DNA of 64,000 nucleotides from Lama guanicoe (lineage: Eukaryota): assembly GCA_013239625.1 (NCBI GenBank), contig MU053652.1, positions 744,001 to 808,000 of the forward strand, read 5' to 3'. The translations under genes and the position numbers were made by a program. The notes beneath the pieces are model-generated. The model saw only the letters and a program-made list of their open reading frames with translations. It did not search any database and was not told where the DNA came from. Shown here in pieces: positions 1-13,015 of the stretch; the first letter of the stretch is position 1; every line of letters begins with the position of its first letter.

Positions 1-659
1 GCTGAAAATAAATAGTGAAAAATGCTCACAGCCCGGATATTCAATATTCTGGCTGGGGTCAACAGAGCAAGCATGAGTGACATTTTTGCAACTTCAAATA
101 CCATTGTCATCCACTATTTCTCCAGCCTCTTACCTCTGCCAAGTCACCCCAAGACTGCAAACATCTGTTCTTCAATTGTCTCGTAAGAAACGTCCTTCAT
201 CAATGCAAAGTGTTCATTACCCTAAAGAGCCAAATGCCTTTTGAAAGCTAGTTGAAGCAAGTGAGAAAAATATGAAACAAAACAAAAAATCACTGTCATT
301 TGGACTTCTAAATTTTAAATGTCAAGCCTTTGGAGTCCCTAAATATTATAAAAGCATTTCCCAGTCACAATATTACAGACTTGAAGACAGAAAGCAAAAT
401 CCAGACCCACCAACTCTTCTATTTTATAGATACAGAAAACTAAGACACATAGGGATTTGGCCAACATCAAAGACTAAAAAGTGGTCTCCTACACATCCCC
501 CAGCCCTATTTCAGTGGTCCATCATCTCCATCATGCAATACACAAAACTCCTTTCCACTGAAATAATGGCTCTAGTGCCAAAAGAATGATTAAGTAAGTC
601 ATTTAATAAATCAATTTCCCAAGTTTGTTCTAATTGCAAAATTCAAAGTATATTCCCTG

Positions 660-770
660 CAGTAGATAATTATGGTTAAATGAGGTCATAAGGGTGGGAC
701 TCCAATCCAATAAGGCTAGTGTTCTTGTTAGAAGAGAAAGAGGCTATGTGAGAACACAGTGACAAGACTT
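660..770 (+). mobile_element. MaLR LTR fragment (MLT1A/MST-like)
   Basis: ggttaaatgaggtcataagggtgggactccaatccaata...gttcttgttagaagag is the characteristic MaLR LTR core. Confidence 0.7.
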
Positions 771-1490
771 CTCTAGACTCCTGTGTCCTCATTTCCGACT
801 TGTCCTAGCTCTGAACACTTGGAATTTTTGTTTCTCATGCAATGATGGGCTGTATTAAATCCCATCACCTTTCTTTGATGATTTCACCTTTAAAATCAAA
901 AATCTACACATGTGAGATGATGGATGCAACAGTCAAGTATAGGACTTTGTTTTCAATAGTAACACCTTATAACACTCCTCCCCAGTGTGCCTAAGTGTCC
1001 CAGAATGCATGCAATTAATAAATGTGTAATAAATATGTGTCATGAAAAAGGCATGTGATAAAGGGGGGGGTGGATAAAGCTTTAGATTGTTTTCTAAATG
1101 CTTTACTGAGATGTTGCAATCATTTAGATTTTAAAGGAATAATTTTTGTTGTCACTTATTTTTTGCTATATTAAAGAACTGTATCAACAAATGTAAGGCA
1201 TAATATCAGTCCTGTTCTTAGGCTTTTAAAGAATAAAGAATAATAAACAAAAAAAAAAGGAAAAATAAATTCTCACTCCCCTCCCCTAAAACCGCACAAA
1301 TAGCAGCCACAAAATAATTTCAAATTTCCTGAAATGACTAGATTATATATTAATTGTAACTAAAAATTTACTATATATCAAATTGTGGTTGATATCTCAA
1401 TAAAATGCACACTTTGTTGGTACAGGTGTATTTATATTTAGATCACGGTTAATATTTACCATGATGTAATTATTCAAAAACAGTAATTTT

Positions 1491-1629
1491 GGGTGGGGAG
1501 GAGTATAGCACAAGGGATACAGAGTGCATGTTTAGGATGCAGGAGGTCCTGGGTTCAATCCCCAGTACCTCCATTAAAAAAATAAATAAACCTAATTACC
1601 TCCCTGCCCAAAATTTTGTTTCTTTAAAA
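1491..1629 (+). mobile_element. Vic-1-type tRNA-Ala-derived SINE (long-tail form)
   Basis: ggggaggagtatagcacaagg...gaggtcctgggttcaatccccagtacctcc with a B box, A-rich tail plus cctaattacctccc, and TSD agtaatttt at 1482-1490 and 1630-1638. Confidence 0.85.
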
Positions 1630-2859
1630 AGTAATTTTTGTAAAAGAATCTAAATGCATGTCAGACCTAGACAAAAGAAAGGAAATACGCCATTCAAGCT
1701 TCAACATTAATATATCTTCCTTCTGTTCTCCCAAATCAAGGCCTATAAAATAAAATCCCACAAAATTAGAGTGAATTCATCCATTCCTCTTGAATATTTC
1801 CAGATAAACTACAAAACAGCAAATGTATCAGTGGAGGGGAAAAAGGTATTAGCCCTATCATTTTCAGGGACTGTATTTTGGTGAAAGTATTTCAGAATCT
1901 ACCCAGGCACGGCTAGAAATCTTTCTACATCAGTACGCTGTTGTTCATTTAGACCCACTTGGAGAAAAACTGATTAGATGACCTCTTATCAAAAGCTTAC
2001 ATTAAAGGTTTTATTGCACACAATGTCTTGTTATGCTACGTAAAGCAAACAAGATAAGGAATACTATAAATCATCTTTCTAAATGTCACTCCAAGAGACA
2101 ATTTGCTGGCTTCTTACCTAGAAAGAGAAAATAGTACAGAAAATCATTAAACAAGCAAGGGGCCAGCATGGTTAATGGGTAGTGAACAAATCAGAAGTCA
2201 GTAGTATATTTGCCTCTAGAACCTTGTGTGATTTCCTAGTGATGGGACTGCCGTGCTTGTGGGAAAACCACAAGCGTGAGTTTACAAGGGTACCAGATCT
2301 GGGACCTTGTGCAATGATTTTATAGAAGGACAGTAAGAACAACAGTAAGAATATATGAAACAGTATAATGGGAATCTGCCATGTGGTCTTCTTAGCAGAG
2401 TAATTCAGAGCTTCCAATGTGGAAAATCTTTAGGATGCAAAGGAGGCACTGTCATTTGAATAAAAATTATGAAAAGAGTATTTTTAAGCAAATGAAGTAT
2501 AGAAAAGCCACATACAAAGTTTCAGGAAGACAGAATACAAGTGTTGCCAGACAAAGGCAAACAACAGCAACAAAAAATAAAGGACCCACACACTTGAGGG
2601 CTTTTCCCTTTCAACACAGAAATGTTGAGTTCGCTGAGAGACAGTGTAAGAAAACAATGACACAATGTCTAAATAGGTGTTGGCTGTGATAAAAGCCAAC
2701 TTGTGGTAAGTCCCATCCAAACTCACTTTTTGAATATACGGTATAAAGAATAATTATTATAATCAATTAGAGAAAGAAAATTGGGATGGAAAAATAATGT
2801 GAGTCACTCCATACAAGCAGAAGCACATCAGGAGGCAGACCACTGGGTAACAGGATGTG

Positions 2860-2996
2860 TGACTGCTCACTGCTCAATAATGGCAAACTGGCTTCAATAG
2901 AGGCTGTACCAGTTTACACACTGGGTATAAGAGATCCCATTGATCCACATCCTCTCCAATAATTGGTGTTTTCAAGCTTCTTAATTTTTGTCACTC
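2860..2996 (-). mobile_element. Old L1 fragment (L1M-type)
   Basis: ggctgtaccagtttacac...gatcccattgatccacatcctctccaa...ttaatttttg matches the antisense L1 ORF2 3' region. Confidence 0.65.
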
Positions 2997-5124
2997 ACAC
3001 AGCTACCAAGTGAGTACATTTAAGCAAGGGTTTGATCATATTCTTTTGGTTTCCTCAGGACGTGGCATAGAATCAGAGTCCAATAACCAGTGAGTAAAAC
3101 TGAAGTAAAGGAACCTAGATTTGAACCTAGATAACTTCCGGTTTCCATTTTTTACTTCAAAATTTGTACTTTTTTCTCTGTCTTTCCATTCTTCTACACT
3201 GCCTCTCCCACTGTGTTATACTGTCTTTTAAATAATAAAATGCTAAATCACATTCATTTTCAACTAGCATGGAAAACCAAAAACAAGGGGACATTTCAAA
3301 GGATGGAAAATGATATCTCTACATACTTTATTTATAAAATCCCATTAAAAATAAAACTGACTATTTCTAAACAAGAGTCCACATCCAAAGGTAAACAGTC
3401 ATCATAAGTGTGTAATAAACACCTCAAAAAAAAGTGTTGATTAGGAATAAATGAATGACTACAAAAGAAATGAGAAATTCTTATGATAATAGTAAAAAAT
3501 GAAATATACTAGTATGAAAATGCACAGATTCTTGTCACTATCAAAACTAAACTTCCAAACTTGAAAAGGAACAATAAATCCAATAATCAGCTAATGCTTA
3601 AGTGTAAAAACTGAAATTTAAAAAAAAACAAAAACCCAAACCATTAAAAGATCTTAGTCATTTGAAGTTCCATAAACCCATTATGGGTTTTCAGTTGAGG
3701 CTCTATAATGAGCTTGAGAAGCAAGGTTACAATTTAACCCAAAGGCTAATGTAAAGTCTATAATGATCACCTGCTTAGGAAGGAATTAACTTACCCTGCA
3801 GACCACAGAAGTCTTGTGACTTCTACTCAAGAGTTACACAGCGAAAGAATGAATGATCAACTTTATATCATGCAACAAAATTTTATCCAGTTCTAATCAA
3901 TAATAAACCAAAATATTGAATAAAAGTAGAGACCAAACAAGTGAGCCAAACTAGTAGGAGTGTTATCAAGTCTTAAAACAACTCTCCAGTGAAGCAGCAT
4001 AAATGCAACAGTAAAAAGAATCGTCAAGAATTGTAATACATTAAACTTCACCAGTATATCACCAGAAATGCATTTTACTAAGTGTGTGGTAAGTATGTTT
4101 TTTTTCCCATTCTCCTAACTTTGCGTTAAAAAAGAAAAAGTTGAAGGAGGAAAAAATCCCCTGAAAAGTGGTTACTGACAACACTGCTTTAAAAAAAAAA
4201 GCTTCCAAAGGGTTTACTCCATAGTTAAGAACAAGTGTAAACATAAAGATTCTATTTATTGAAGCCATAGTGTAACTTGGCAGTAAATTATAGCACTAAA
4301 TCTAGGTCAGAAGATGCCCGTAATGATAAGCTATCTTCCCGTTTTCCTAACAATTAGCAACACTAACTAAGTAGAAATCAATTGGAATTGAAAGAGTGTA
4401 AGTAATTAGCTAATTACCACAGTCAGTTAATATATATGAGCACTGTTAATTTAGAAATTCTGTATGTTGTAATTTACTTATTTTATCTATATATACGTAT
4501 ATGTAAAGAATTATACTTATACATAGTCAGCTAAATTCACAGAGGAATAGTTTTAATTCTCTTAATTCCATGATTCTTAACTCACATGAATTTACTTACT
4601 ACAAATGTTTGCTAAAACATTTTTTTAAGGTTAGTGATGTTTCTTCAAAAATCTCTTATTTTTAATTGTGTGAAAGTCAGGTATTTTTGTAGTTCAACTT
4701 TTAAATACAAAAATACAAATATAACTAATTGGGTAAGGTATGCCAGTATAATTTTTAAAACTGGTTACCTAAATAAGGGATTTGCAGTGAACTAGTTCTA
4801 CTGATTTCAGTTCACTAAGTGTTCATTAAGGAGAAGGTAGGATAATCTCAGCAATAAACTGCTTATGTTTTGGAAAAGTATATTCAGTACTATCTCTGGC
4901 CAATTCAGCAGCATTTATTTAACTGTTATTCTAAATGCCTCAAGTATTATAGAAGTTACTGAGAAAGTTAATGTGGTGATCCAAGGTACCTATTAATGAA
5001 CCCCAGAGTTTCTGGTCCATTGTGTAAAGATACAGCAAAACAAAATACTAGTTCATTATAGAGAAAATGTACAATTAGTATTATATTATATTCTGTGCCT
5101 AAAAAGTACCCCAAAAAGTTGTGC

Positions 5125-5275
5125 TCAAAAACACGTAACATATAATTTACCATTTCTTAAACTTTTGTAGGTATACAGCACAGTAGTGTGAACTACATGA
5201 GTCCAGACCTCTAGGACTTTTTCATCTTGTAAAATTGAAGCTTTAGATCCACTGAATAACAATTCCCCTCCCGTG
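5125..5275 (-). mobile_element. L1MA/MB 3' end fragment
   Basis: aacatataatttaccatt...ggactttttcatcttgtaaaattgaagcttt...aacaattcccct matches an antisense L1 3'UTR. Confidence 0.7.
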
Positions 5276-5558
5276 AACCATTCAAAAAAGTACCCTTTTA
5301 AAGGTATTTGGAGCTTAGAAGTTGTTTTTTTCTCCCCTAACAGAAGTATCACGGATTCTTATTGTCTTAAATCATAGTATCACAATAAACTGCATTTTAA
5401 TAAATTTCATTCTAGTCACCATCAAGTTATCCTTCAATATATAAAACCATATATTTGATCAATATAATATCTTTTAGTTTCTATAAATCATGTTTGTTCA
5501 GAGACCTGCCAATTCTCAAAGGACATCTGAGTCATTAGCATAAATCAGTGAGACAGAC

Positions 5559-5780
5559 CATGGGTCTGCAATTTTTTCCTGTAAAGGCCCAATAAGTAAA
5601 TATTTTAGGTTTTGTGGACCATATGGGTTTTGCTAGAAACATTCAGCTCTGCAATGATAGCACCAAAACAGCCATAGGCAATTCATAAATGGTTGACCAT
5701 GACTGTGTCAATAAAAATTCATTTACAAAAACAAGGGACAGGCCAGATTTCTTTTGTGGGCCATAGTTTGTCAACCCCTG
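5559..5780 (+). mobile_element. MER58A (hAT-Charlie non-autonomous DNA transposon)
   Basis: Near full-length match: ...ctgtaaaggccc..gtaaatattttagg...aataaaaattcatttacaaaaaca...gggccatagtttgtcaacccctg. Confidence 0.88.
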
Positions 5781-6065
5781 GAATAGTTAAGGACGGGATG
5801 GGAGGGACAGTGATAAGGAGAGGGGCAGGGAATAGGAAAAAAAGAAAAATCCAATAAATGTATGAAGTATTACTCCTGAGAGCAAGTAACTACTTAGTAC
5901 AGCTGATATTATTTTTCTATTGACAAACTTTGATAGTGAGGCCCTACGAAATGGAACAAGTTCTTTTTATGACTTCTTTCAATCTGACTGACCTATTGGC
6001 ATTCAGTACATCAACATAAATAATGAAAATATTGATCTTCAGTGAGTACAGAGGATCTGGCTTAC

Positions 6066-6162
6066 CTTAGTAAAGGATGGAATATGATGGTAATATTTCT
6101 GGCTCCAGGTTTGCAGACAAATTTTGTTCCCCCACCTTCAATTAAGTTGTCATCAGGACCCC
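6066..6162 (-). CDS. EXOC4: Internal coding exon of exocyst complex component 4 (SEC8), probably exon 10; 97 nt, phase 1 in, phase 2 out
   Basis: Minus strand reads ttctcttgtttctgatag|GG GGT CCT GAT GAC AAC ... CCT TTA CTA AG|gtaagc, with canonical acceptor, pyrimidine tract and donor. The translation [31 protein letters not shown] matches remembered mammalian EXOC4 (...[36 protein letters not shown]...). Missed by the ORF track because it is short. Confidence 0.97.
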
Positions 6163-6959
6163 CTATCAGAAACAAGAGAAGAGAGAGATTAGCTTATTAG
6201 AACTTTTGCAAAGAAAGAAACCAAGCCCATTAGATGTATGTTAGACTGTCATCATGAAGATCATCTTTGGAAACAACTGCTCTCAATATTTACAAAATTA
6301 TTTTGAATGACCTGATCCAGTCTTCCTCTTTAAATAAACGGTTTGCACTTCCACTCTAGATGAAGGATGCAGAAGCACAGTAAGAATAATGGTATATTTA
6401 AACAAATAATGCAAGGCTATAACCCAGTTAAGGTTAAATTTCATCTCTAGTCACCAGCGTCTACCTTGGACAGTACGACACAAGAAACTTTCAAAAGAAG
6501 GAAAAAGTGCAATTCACGGGTGTCCAAGCCTGTATTTATAAACAGATTTATTTAAGGGCTTCTAAAAGCTTTTTTAATAAACAGATGTTTAGCATAAATC
6601 TTCCATACACATTTAATAAGGAAATATAAGAAAAATAAATTGGTTAAGCCATTCTTAAATCACGTAATATTCAGAGTCCAACTCTTCTGACTGGCTCAGA
6701 GTTGTCACTATCTTTGTTTTCAAAACAGTGTCACTGAGTGGATTTCTTAAAAGAGTGCACTCAGTATTTTATTCCAAGGTGCTGAAACCCAATCTGCAAG
6801 GTTTATGTTACTATGTTCTTGATGCTATTAGAAGTTTTAAGAAGTTTTAAGAAGCCAACCAACAGTCACACTCTTTCTTCAAATGGTCCTTAAGAGGTTC
6901 ACTAATTCAAATACAGAAGGATCAAGGTATGAAGAATAACCACTCAGCTCACACATACT

Positions 6960-7092
6960 GAAGCAAAAATAGTTCATTATGACTATCTCTCAGTGGACAG
7001 CCATTAAGATATTGTTGATTTAACACACATCCTACTTTCAGACAGTTTAGAACATGAAAAAACGTACATTTGAGGCTAATGGGAGAAATGCT
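6960..7092 (+). mobile_element. Possible old DNA-transposon end (MER97-like)
   Basis: acacacatcctactttcagacagtttagaacatgaaaaaacgtacatttgag...gaaatg resembles the remembered MER97 terminus; highly diverged. Confidence 0.35.
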
Positions 7093-9999
7093 TCCCTGTC
7101 CCCCACCCTTCGTGCTTCTTTTCATTAAAACGAAGCTCAATTCAAGTAATGTCTGGCTTCTCTCCATCGTTCACTCTCTCAGGTGAAGTGAAGTATAATT
7201 TCTTTAATAAAATCTAGAAGGAAAAACTGGGCATCCCCAGCTCAGCAACTCTCTTATTCCACTTTAGGAACCAGAATGTCTGTACAAAGTGAGTGCTGTC
7301 TCCCCAAGTTTAGCAACAAACATCCCACTTTGTCAGAGAAAGATGAAGTCGTCCAGCACCTTCTGTAAAGGAGTGAGTCAATTTGTCTAATTTCGATGTT
7401 TGGTTAGCAAACACATTTTGCTCTCAAATGAGGCTACATCTCAGTCCAGCCGATCTCAACACAGAAGTGGTATTTCACCTGCCATCTACCTACTCGTATT
7501 ATTTAATAGTGTCAGAGCTCTGACAGGAGAGGCCGTGCTGTATCACAGGCTTCCTCAAAACCCTAACAATCTACACTTACAATACTGCATTTTTTTCTAA
7601 ATCAAACAATTTCTTTTTCATTGTAGTTCTTTGCACGATATCAAACATAACTAAATCTCACCTGATTTATTATCTGTCTGAATGGTCTCTGAGGTATCTT
7701 GGAAACTGACTGATAAAAACATGTGAAGCTTTAGAAAATAGGCCGGATCATCGAGTCTTCCCAGGGGCACCAGAGTCTAGACAAATCCCATTCGGATCAG
7801 TTGTTTCCATCAACTAATCAAAGGATGGTTTTTCTTAAGAAAAATAGAAAATACAATAGTACGTACAGCTCTTGATTCAAAATCATGAGCTGTTTGTTCT
7901 CATCTGGAAAAAAAATCCATCGTGTATTATTACATTTGCATTGGAGTTATTAAGTGTTCTGCCAAGTCAGTGGTTTTAGTCAGTTTAAAGGAAAACAAAG
8001 GAGAGCATCTAGACTACAACACAAACTACTCCTCTAATAAAAATCCTCTTCCAAAGGTCACAAGGTGTGGTTATAGATTGAAAAAAAAAGGATGAAAATT
8101 TCTTTATTAGCACCTCTCTTTCTAAGATCATATAACATGGAGTCAAAACTGAATCACCAAGGAAATGTGCCTATAGGTGGAAGAAACCAGGTACATTTCG
8201 CACTCCAGGAACAACATAAATGACTTCCTATGAAATAAACACATCCACACAAAAAAATAACGCACTAATCTACTCAGGGTGAGCATATCTTTTAAAGACA
8301 AATGTGAGGTGGACTATATGAACTCTAATGATTTCTAAAATTCTGACGTTCTCTGATTTTAGGTACTCAGTGATTAAATACAGACCTGATTAACCCAGGT
8401 CAAAGTTATACCTTCCTGCACACTTCATGCATTATATGCAGGACCACCTCAATGCCTCAGTCACATTGGGCTCTATCTGGGGAGCCCTCTCCCCTCCTAC
8501 CATTCCTTTAGGGCCCAGGTTTAGCCCTAAACTGTTGAATGCCCCTCTCCTGATGTCCACAATTCCATTAACAGTGACTTTTTATACAATAACCCATATA
8601 TCCTTAACACAGGTCTCTTCTGCTATTGTCAAAATTCTTCCGTAACATTTTCCCCACTTGGAATGTAAGTTTCTGGAAAGTACTTATAAAAAGCATGCAT
8701 TTGTTGAATGAAGGTAGGAAGAAACAATAACCTTCATTCTAACTTAGTAGAATGTTATTAGAATTAGATGAGAAAGTATACATAAAAGTCTTTGGTAAAC
8801 TGCCAAGACGCTGACCAATGTCAACGATTCTCGTGGTGTCCCCAAGGCCTCACAGGTGGTAGGTGTGCTTTGTCAACATTTATTGATGAGAATCTTGTGG
8901 GGAACAGAGATACCAGAAGTAAGGCACAGTGGCCACTAGAAATGTGAGAGGAAGATCTGGCTGTGAAAATAAAGGCACGAAGGCAGTGCATTAAGCATTT
9001 CACTTATCCTAAATCCCTGTTAGCTACATAAAAACCATTACCGAGTTACACAGTAGGGTTAAACTAATTAAAAAGTAAAATCTCGGCAGAATTATTAAAA
9101 AAAAAAACTCCCCTCTCTAAATCACCCACTCCAAAATTCCACTGACAGGAACCCTGTATATTCTCGGTCCCATTACCAAGTGCCACCAACACTGCATTTG
9201 ACGCGATATCCTCTTTACAGACTAGAAGTCCAAACCTAGCTCACTAAATTATTAATAAACAATGAAAATATTCTTGAAAATAAAGCTGTCAGAACCAAAA
9301 GTAAAGGCCATGGCCAAAACCTTATGGTCTGGAGTCTCTATCCTCTGAGGTTTATTCCAACATTTCAATATTCTGGGTGAGAAACAAAACTCGCCTCTCT
9401 GCACGTGCCTTCCAGTAATTCAGTAAACTAGGAGACGCTGTCATGAAAGTTCTTAAAGAACAATCCTTGCTCAATCCTGAGAACATAACGGAAAGGGCTG
9501 GTGCATCTCCCTCCCCTTCATTCATTATGCTCACAGTCTAATCCCGGCTGTCAGAGGCCAGGTGACAGGCACCAGAGAAAACGGTGAATGATGATGGATG
9601 GCTGGAAAGAAAGGGGAACTGACCACAGTATTGTAAGTAGAACACATATTGTGCAGAAAGGTGGGGAAGAAATGTCCCAGTCATATTTCTTGCTCCTAAC
9701 AATGAAGACAGTGGCTGACAGGCTCCCTCAGGTGACCGGCCAAAGGCACCAAGTCCAACTAATGACAGCGGGGGTGAGACCATCTTAGCGCTCGCAGGCT
9801 AGGCCCTTCTTTTAGAATTTATTCACTTATAATTAGTATTTCTAACTTATTTATTCCTTGATTCTTCTTCCCAGCTAGAATTTGGTATCATTTGTAATGA
9901 ATATAGTCATGCTAATAAGACAGAAACAGAAAACCAAAGCCTCAGAAAGAAGTGGAAAGGAATGTTCTTGCTAAGAGGACTACGGTACCGTGGGAACAA

Positions 10000-10210
10000 T
10001 CAGAAAGTTCTGTGTCAGACCCCAGATCTGTACTTAGTAGTAATAGTAAAAGTGTGACAAAAATATTTAAATTCTATGAGCCTCAACTTTCCCATTTGTA
10101 AAACACTGACTGCAATAAACTCAGAGACTTATGGTAACGTTTAAGGAAAACTCTGTCCTCGAGGGCATTCAGTACTGTTGGGCACCTAGCACATCTCAGA
10201 TAAATGGTTG
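10000..10210 (+). mobile_element. MIR SINE
   Basis: Core tgagcctcaactttcccatttgtaaaa and 3' ggcacctagcacatctcagataaatgg. Confidence 0.65.
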
Positions 10211-11326
10211 TTTACTTTTCCCTTTAGATTCACTGAGCAGTTAAGAATCTAACTGATCACACGTATACACACACACACCCCCCACACACATCACTGAAAC
10301 CTCAACTGAAAAACAAAAGGTTCAAATTAAAAAAACATTGTCCTTGCTACTTTAGGCAACACTGTACTAGTCAATACCATTAATGAGACCAATTACAACA
10401 CATCTGTCTGATTTGGGGGGGCAATATCATTGCAGTGAAAGTTAAAAAAAATTGCTGAGAACACTTACAGCCTGACAGAAGGAAATTAGTCTTTCTCCTA
10501 ATTTTTCAATTAAAAACAATCAACATTAAAGGTATAGATATTAAAATTATGAATGCTTTGTCCTAAGTGCTTAGATAAAAATAGTATAGAATCAGACAGC
10601 CACTTTTGTGGAGCCACAGAAAGCACTGTTTTTTACTATGTTCTGGATTTAAAGTTGGCTTTTCCACGTAGAAAAGAATCACAGTGAAGGTGAACTTTTT
10701 TACAGCAAATATTTTGCTTCATAAATACTCTCTAAGGATTATGAAAATGTACACAGTACCATGAATATGGAATTCCTGACTGTGTCAATAAATAGGGTCT
10801 TTAATTGGCTCTCGGAGCAAGCTAAATGGTCTAAGAGTCCCCTGATTCACAGCTCTCACCTTGCCAGAGGTGTTCTTTTTTTTTTAATTAAGATTATGTA
10901 TTTAGCAAGAGCTGCTTCTTAAAGCACAAATTATCATGATGACTTAGCGCTGTTGCTGCTGCTACCACCCGTCAAACTTGTAACCAGGGTCTGTGCATGA
11001 GCTTGGTGCTCGGTGCTAGATTAAGAAGAAAACAAAGATAAAATACTTATCCTTACCCTCAAATGACTTACTATTACATGCAAGTCAAGCAAATCAGGAT
11101 TGGTGATGATAGTCTATTGCTATTGGATCTGGTTAGAAAATCCAGGCAACAAGCTTCTTTGAGTAAAAGATCATCTTTTGGGCTCAACTCTTACTTTGTG
11201 TCTAACTGTTAATAACAATACTTTGCACACACTGTTGTTCATAGATGTAACCCTTCTGCCTACAATAATTTCTGTCATCTAATAAGCATTTGGTAAATGT
11301 TTGTTAAATAGATACATGAATAAGCA

Positions 11327-11458
11327 TATAGAGCACGGGACATGTATTTAATACCTTGTAATAATGGAAAATTTAAAAATACGTATATAACTGAATCACT
11401 TTGCTGTACGCCTGAAACTAACACAATATTGTAAATCAAGTATAGTTAAATTAAAGAA
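11327..11458 (+). mobile_element. Short cetartiodactyl-type L1 3' end with TSD
   Basis: tataactgaatcactttgctgtacgcctgaaactaacacaatattgtaaatcaa; TSD atgaataagca at 11316-11326 and 11459-11469. Confidence 0.85.
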
Positions 11459-11814
11459 ATGAATAAGCAAATGAACAAAAGAAAATGATAAAGCATATCT
11501 CTTTCAGACCAAGTGAATTCTAAGTACAAACCACATAGGAACAAATAGCAGTTGTGTTTTGCATAAACTATGCTCACTGAGAAATATGTTTCAATAAAGT
11601 GCTGAAAAAGTATATTGATTAAGATATTTACAGAAGACAATCTCCCAAATAGAAACAAATTAGTTATTCCCACCATAAGAGAAGTAAATGGCTTGCCTGT
11701 ATCTCATTGCTCAATTGTATTTTATTCCTGGGTACCGCTAATGTTGTACTGTAATTAAGACAGGCATAAACTACTACACAGGGTGTAGGAAGAAGGTCAA
11801 GAGTGGGAAAGGGG

Positions 11815-11985
11815 ATTGATGTTTACTGAACACTGACTAGGAATCTGGTACTGGCATTCGCTTAATCCTAATAATATCCCTGTAATATTATTACCTAACA
11901 GAGATACAGAAATGAAGGCTCACAGGGGGGTTGGGGGGATGCGTCTTGCTCAAGGTCACACACATGGTAGATTCAGGATTCGATT
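11815..11985 (-). mobile_element. MIR SINE
   Basis: tttactgaacac...ttaatcct...gaaggctcacag...cttgctcaaggtcacac...caggattcga. Confidence 0.65.
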
Positions 11986-12820
11986 TTTTTTCCCAACTAT
12001 TATACTGCAATGTGCTTAATATGTATGGTCCCAAGAAACTCATAGGTTCAATAAAATGATGTCAATGGTGATACAGGAAAATTCTAAAACAGAGAGTTGT
12101 AAACCCTGATTTTACAGTGGTCTGACACATAAAATGCATTTTCCATGTAAGAAACACTAAAAACCGCAGTTAGTTATCCAAGTCAATGCACAAAATGCCT
12201 TTTTGAACAAAAATCTAAGTGAAGCTTAAGAAAAACATTCTATGGATAAAACCATCGTGTAGACAATATTTCTACACATTTAATGGTCCAACCGAGGCCA
12301 GAAATAACACTTTCTAATACAGTCAGGCAGCAGCAAGAAGTGGAACTCTACTTTCCCCCATCTCTGTGGAAGAGCCAGTAGAGGATATAATGACCCATCC
12401 AAATCCAAACTATCGGCTCCTTGGTGGTCCGAGAACATGAAAGCAGAAAGAAAGAGTTGGGACTTTGAGGGAGAGAACCTGGATAGTTTGCTTGTATTAA
12501 TATCTCAAACACTGAAAGAAGCTCCTTTTTTTTTTTTTCTGTTTCTCCTTTTAACTAAAAAATTCTAACAGCCCTTCTTTGATGCTTCCTTGACTTTTAC
12601 TACAGGTCAGTTCAACATGTCTACTCATTTGAGGCCCATTCCATGTCTTATGGTTTTTTAATTTTAGCAACAAAGGAAAAAGGGAAGATGAGGAAAAATA
12701 CAGTTTTGAAAAGTCTTCAAGATCTCATAATAAAATGAGCTGTCGAAGTGGGTAAATGAAGTTGATTTTCTTCTTTTTCTTTTTTAAACTTAAAACCTTG
12801 TCTGTATTTCCTTTTCCTTT

Positions 12821-13015
12821 CAGTTTTTTTGAGGTATAAATAATAAAACTGTAAGATATTTAAAGTGTACATTGTGATGACTTGATATGCATACCCACTG
12901 TGAAAGGATTCCTCCCATCTAGTTAATTACCACATCCAGAACCTCACATCTTTATTATATTTTTTGTAAGGATGCTTATGTTCCACTCTCTTAGTGAATT
13001 TCAATTATACCATAC
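12821..13015 (-). mobile_element. L1MA-type 3' end
   Basis: ttgaggtataa...tttaaagtgtac...ctgtgaaaggattcctcccatctagttaatta...tactctcttag-like antisense L1 3'UTR. Confidence 0.75.

Larger units (their letters stand above)
1..6065 (-). other. EXOC4: Start of the downstream EXOC4 intron (probably intron 10)
   Basis: Begins at the GTAAG donor (plus-strand cttac, 6061-6065). The next exon (FIQEIEHALG...) is not seen. Confidence 0.85.

Noticed and set aside
1491..1572. tRNA-like sequences (also at about 25990, 38120 and 45412)
   Set aside because: They have A-tails and/or TSDs and broken stems, so they are SINE heads rather than tRNA genes.
3788..3812. Minus-strand ctgcagG|gtaagt strong donor
   Set aside because: No convincing upstream acceptor or EXOC4-like reading frame. 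Isolated donors are common.
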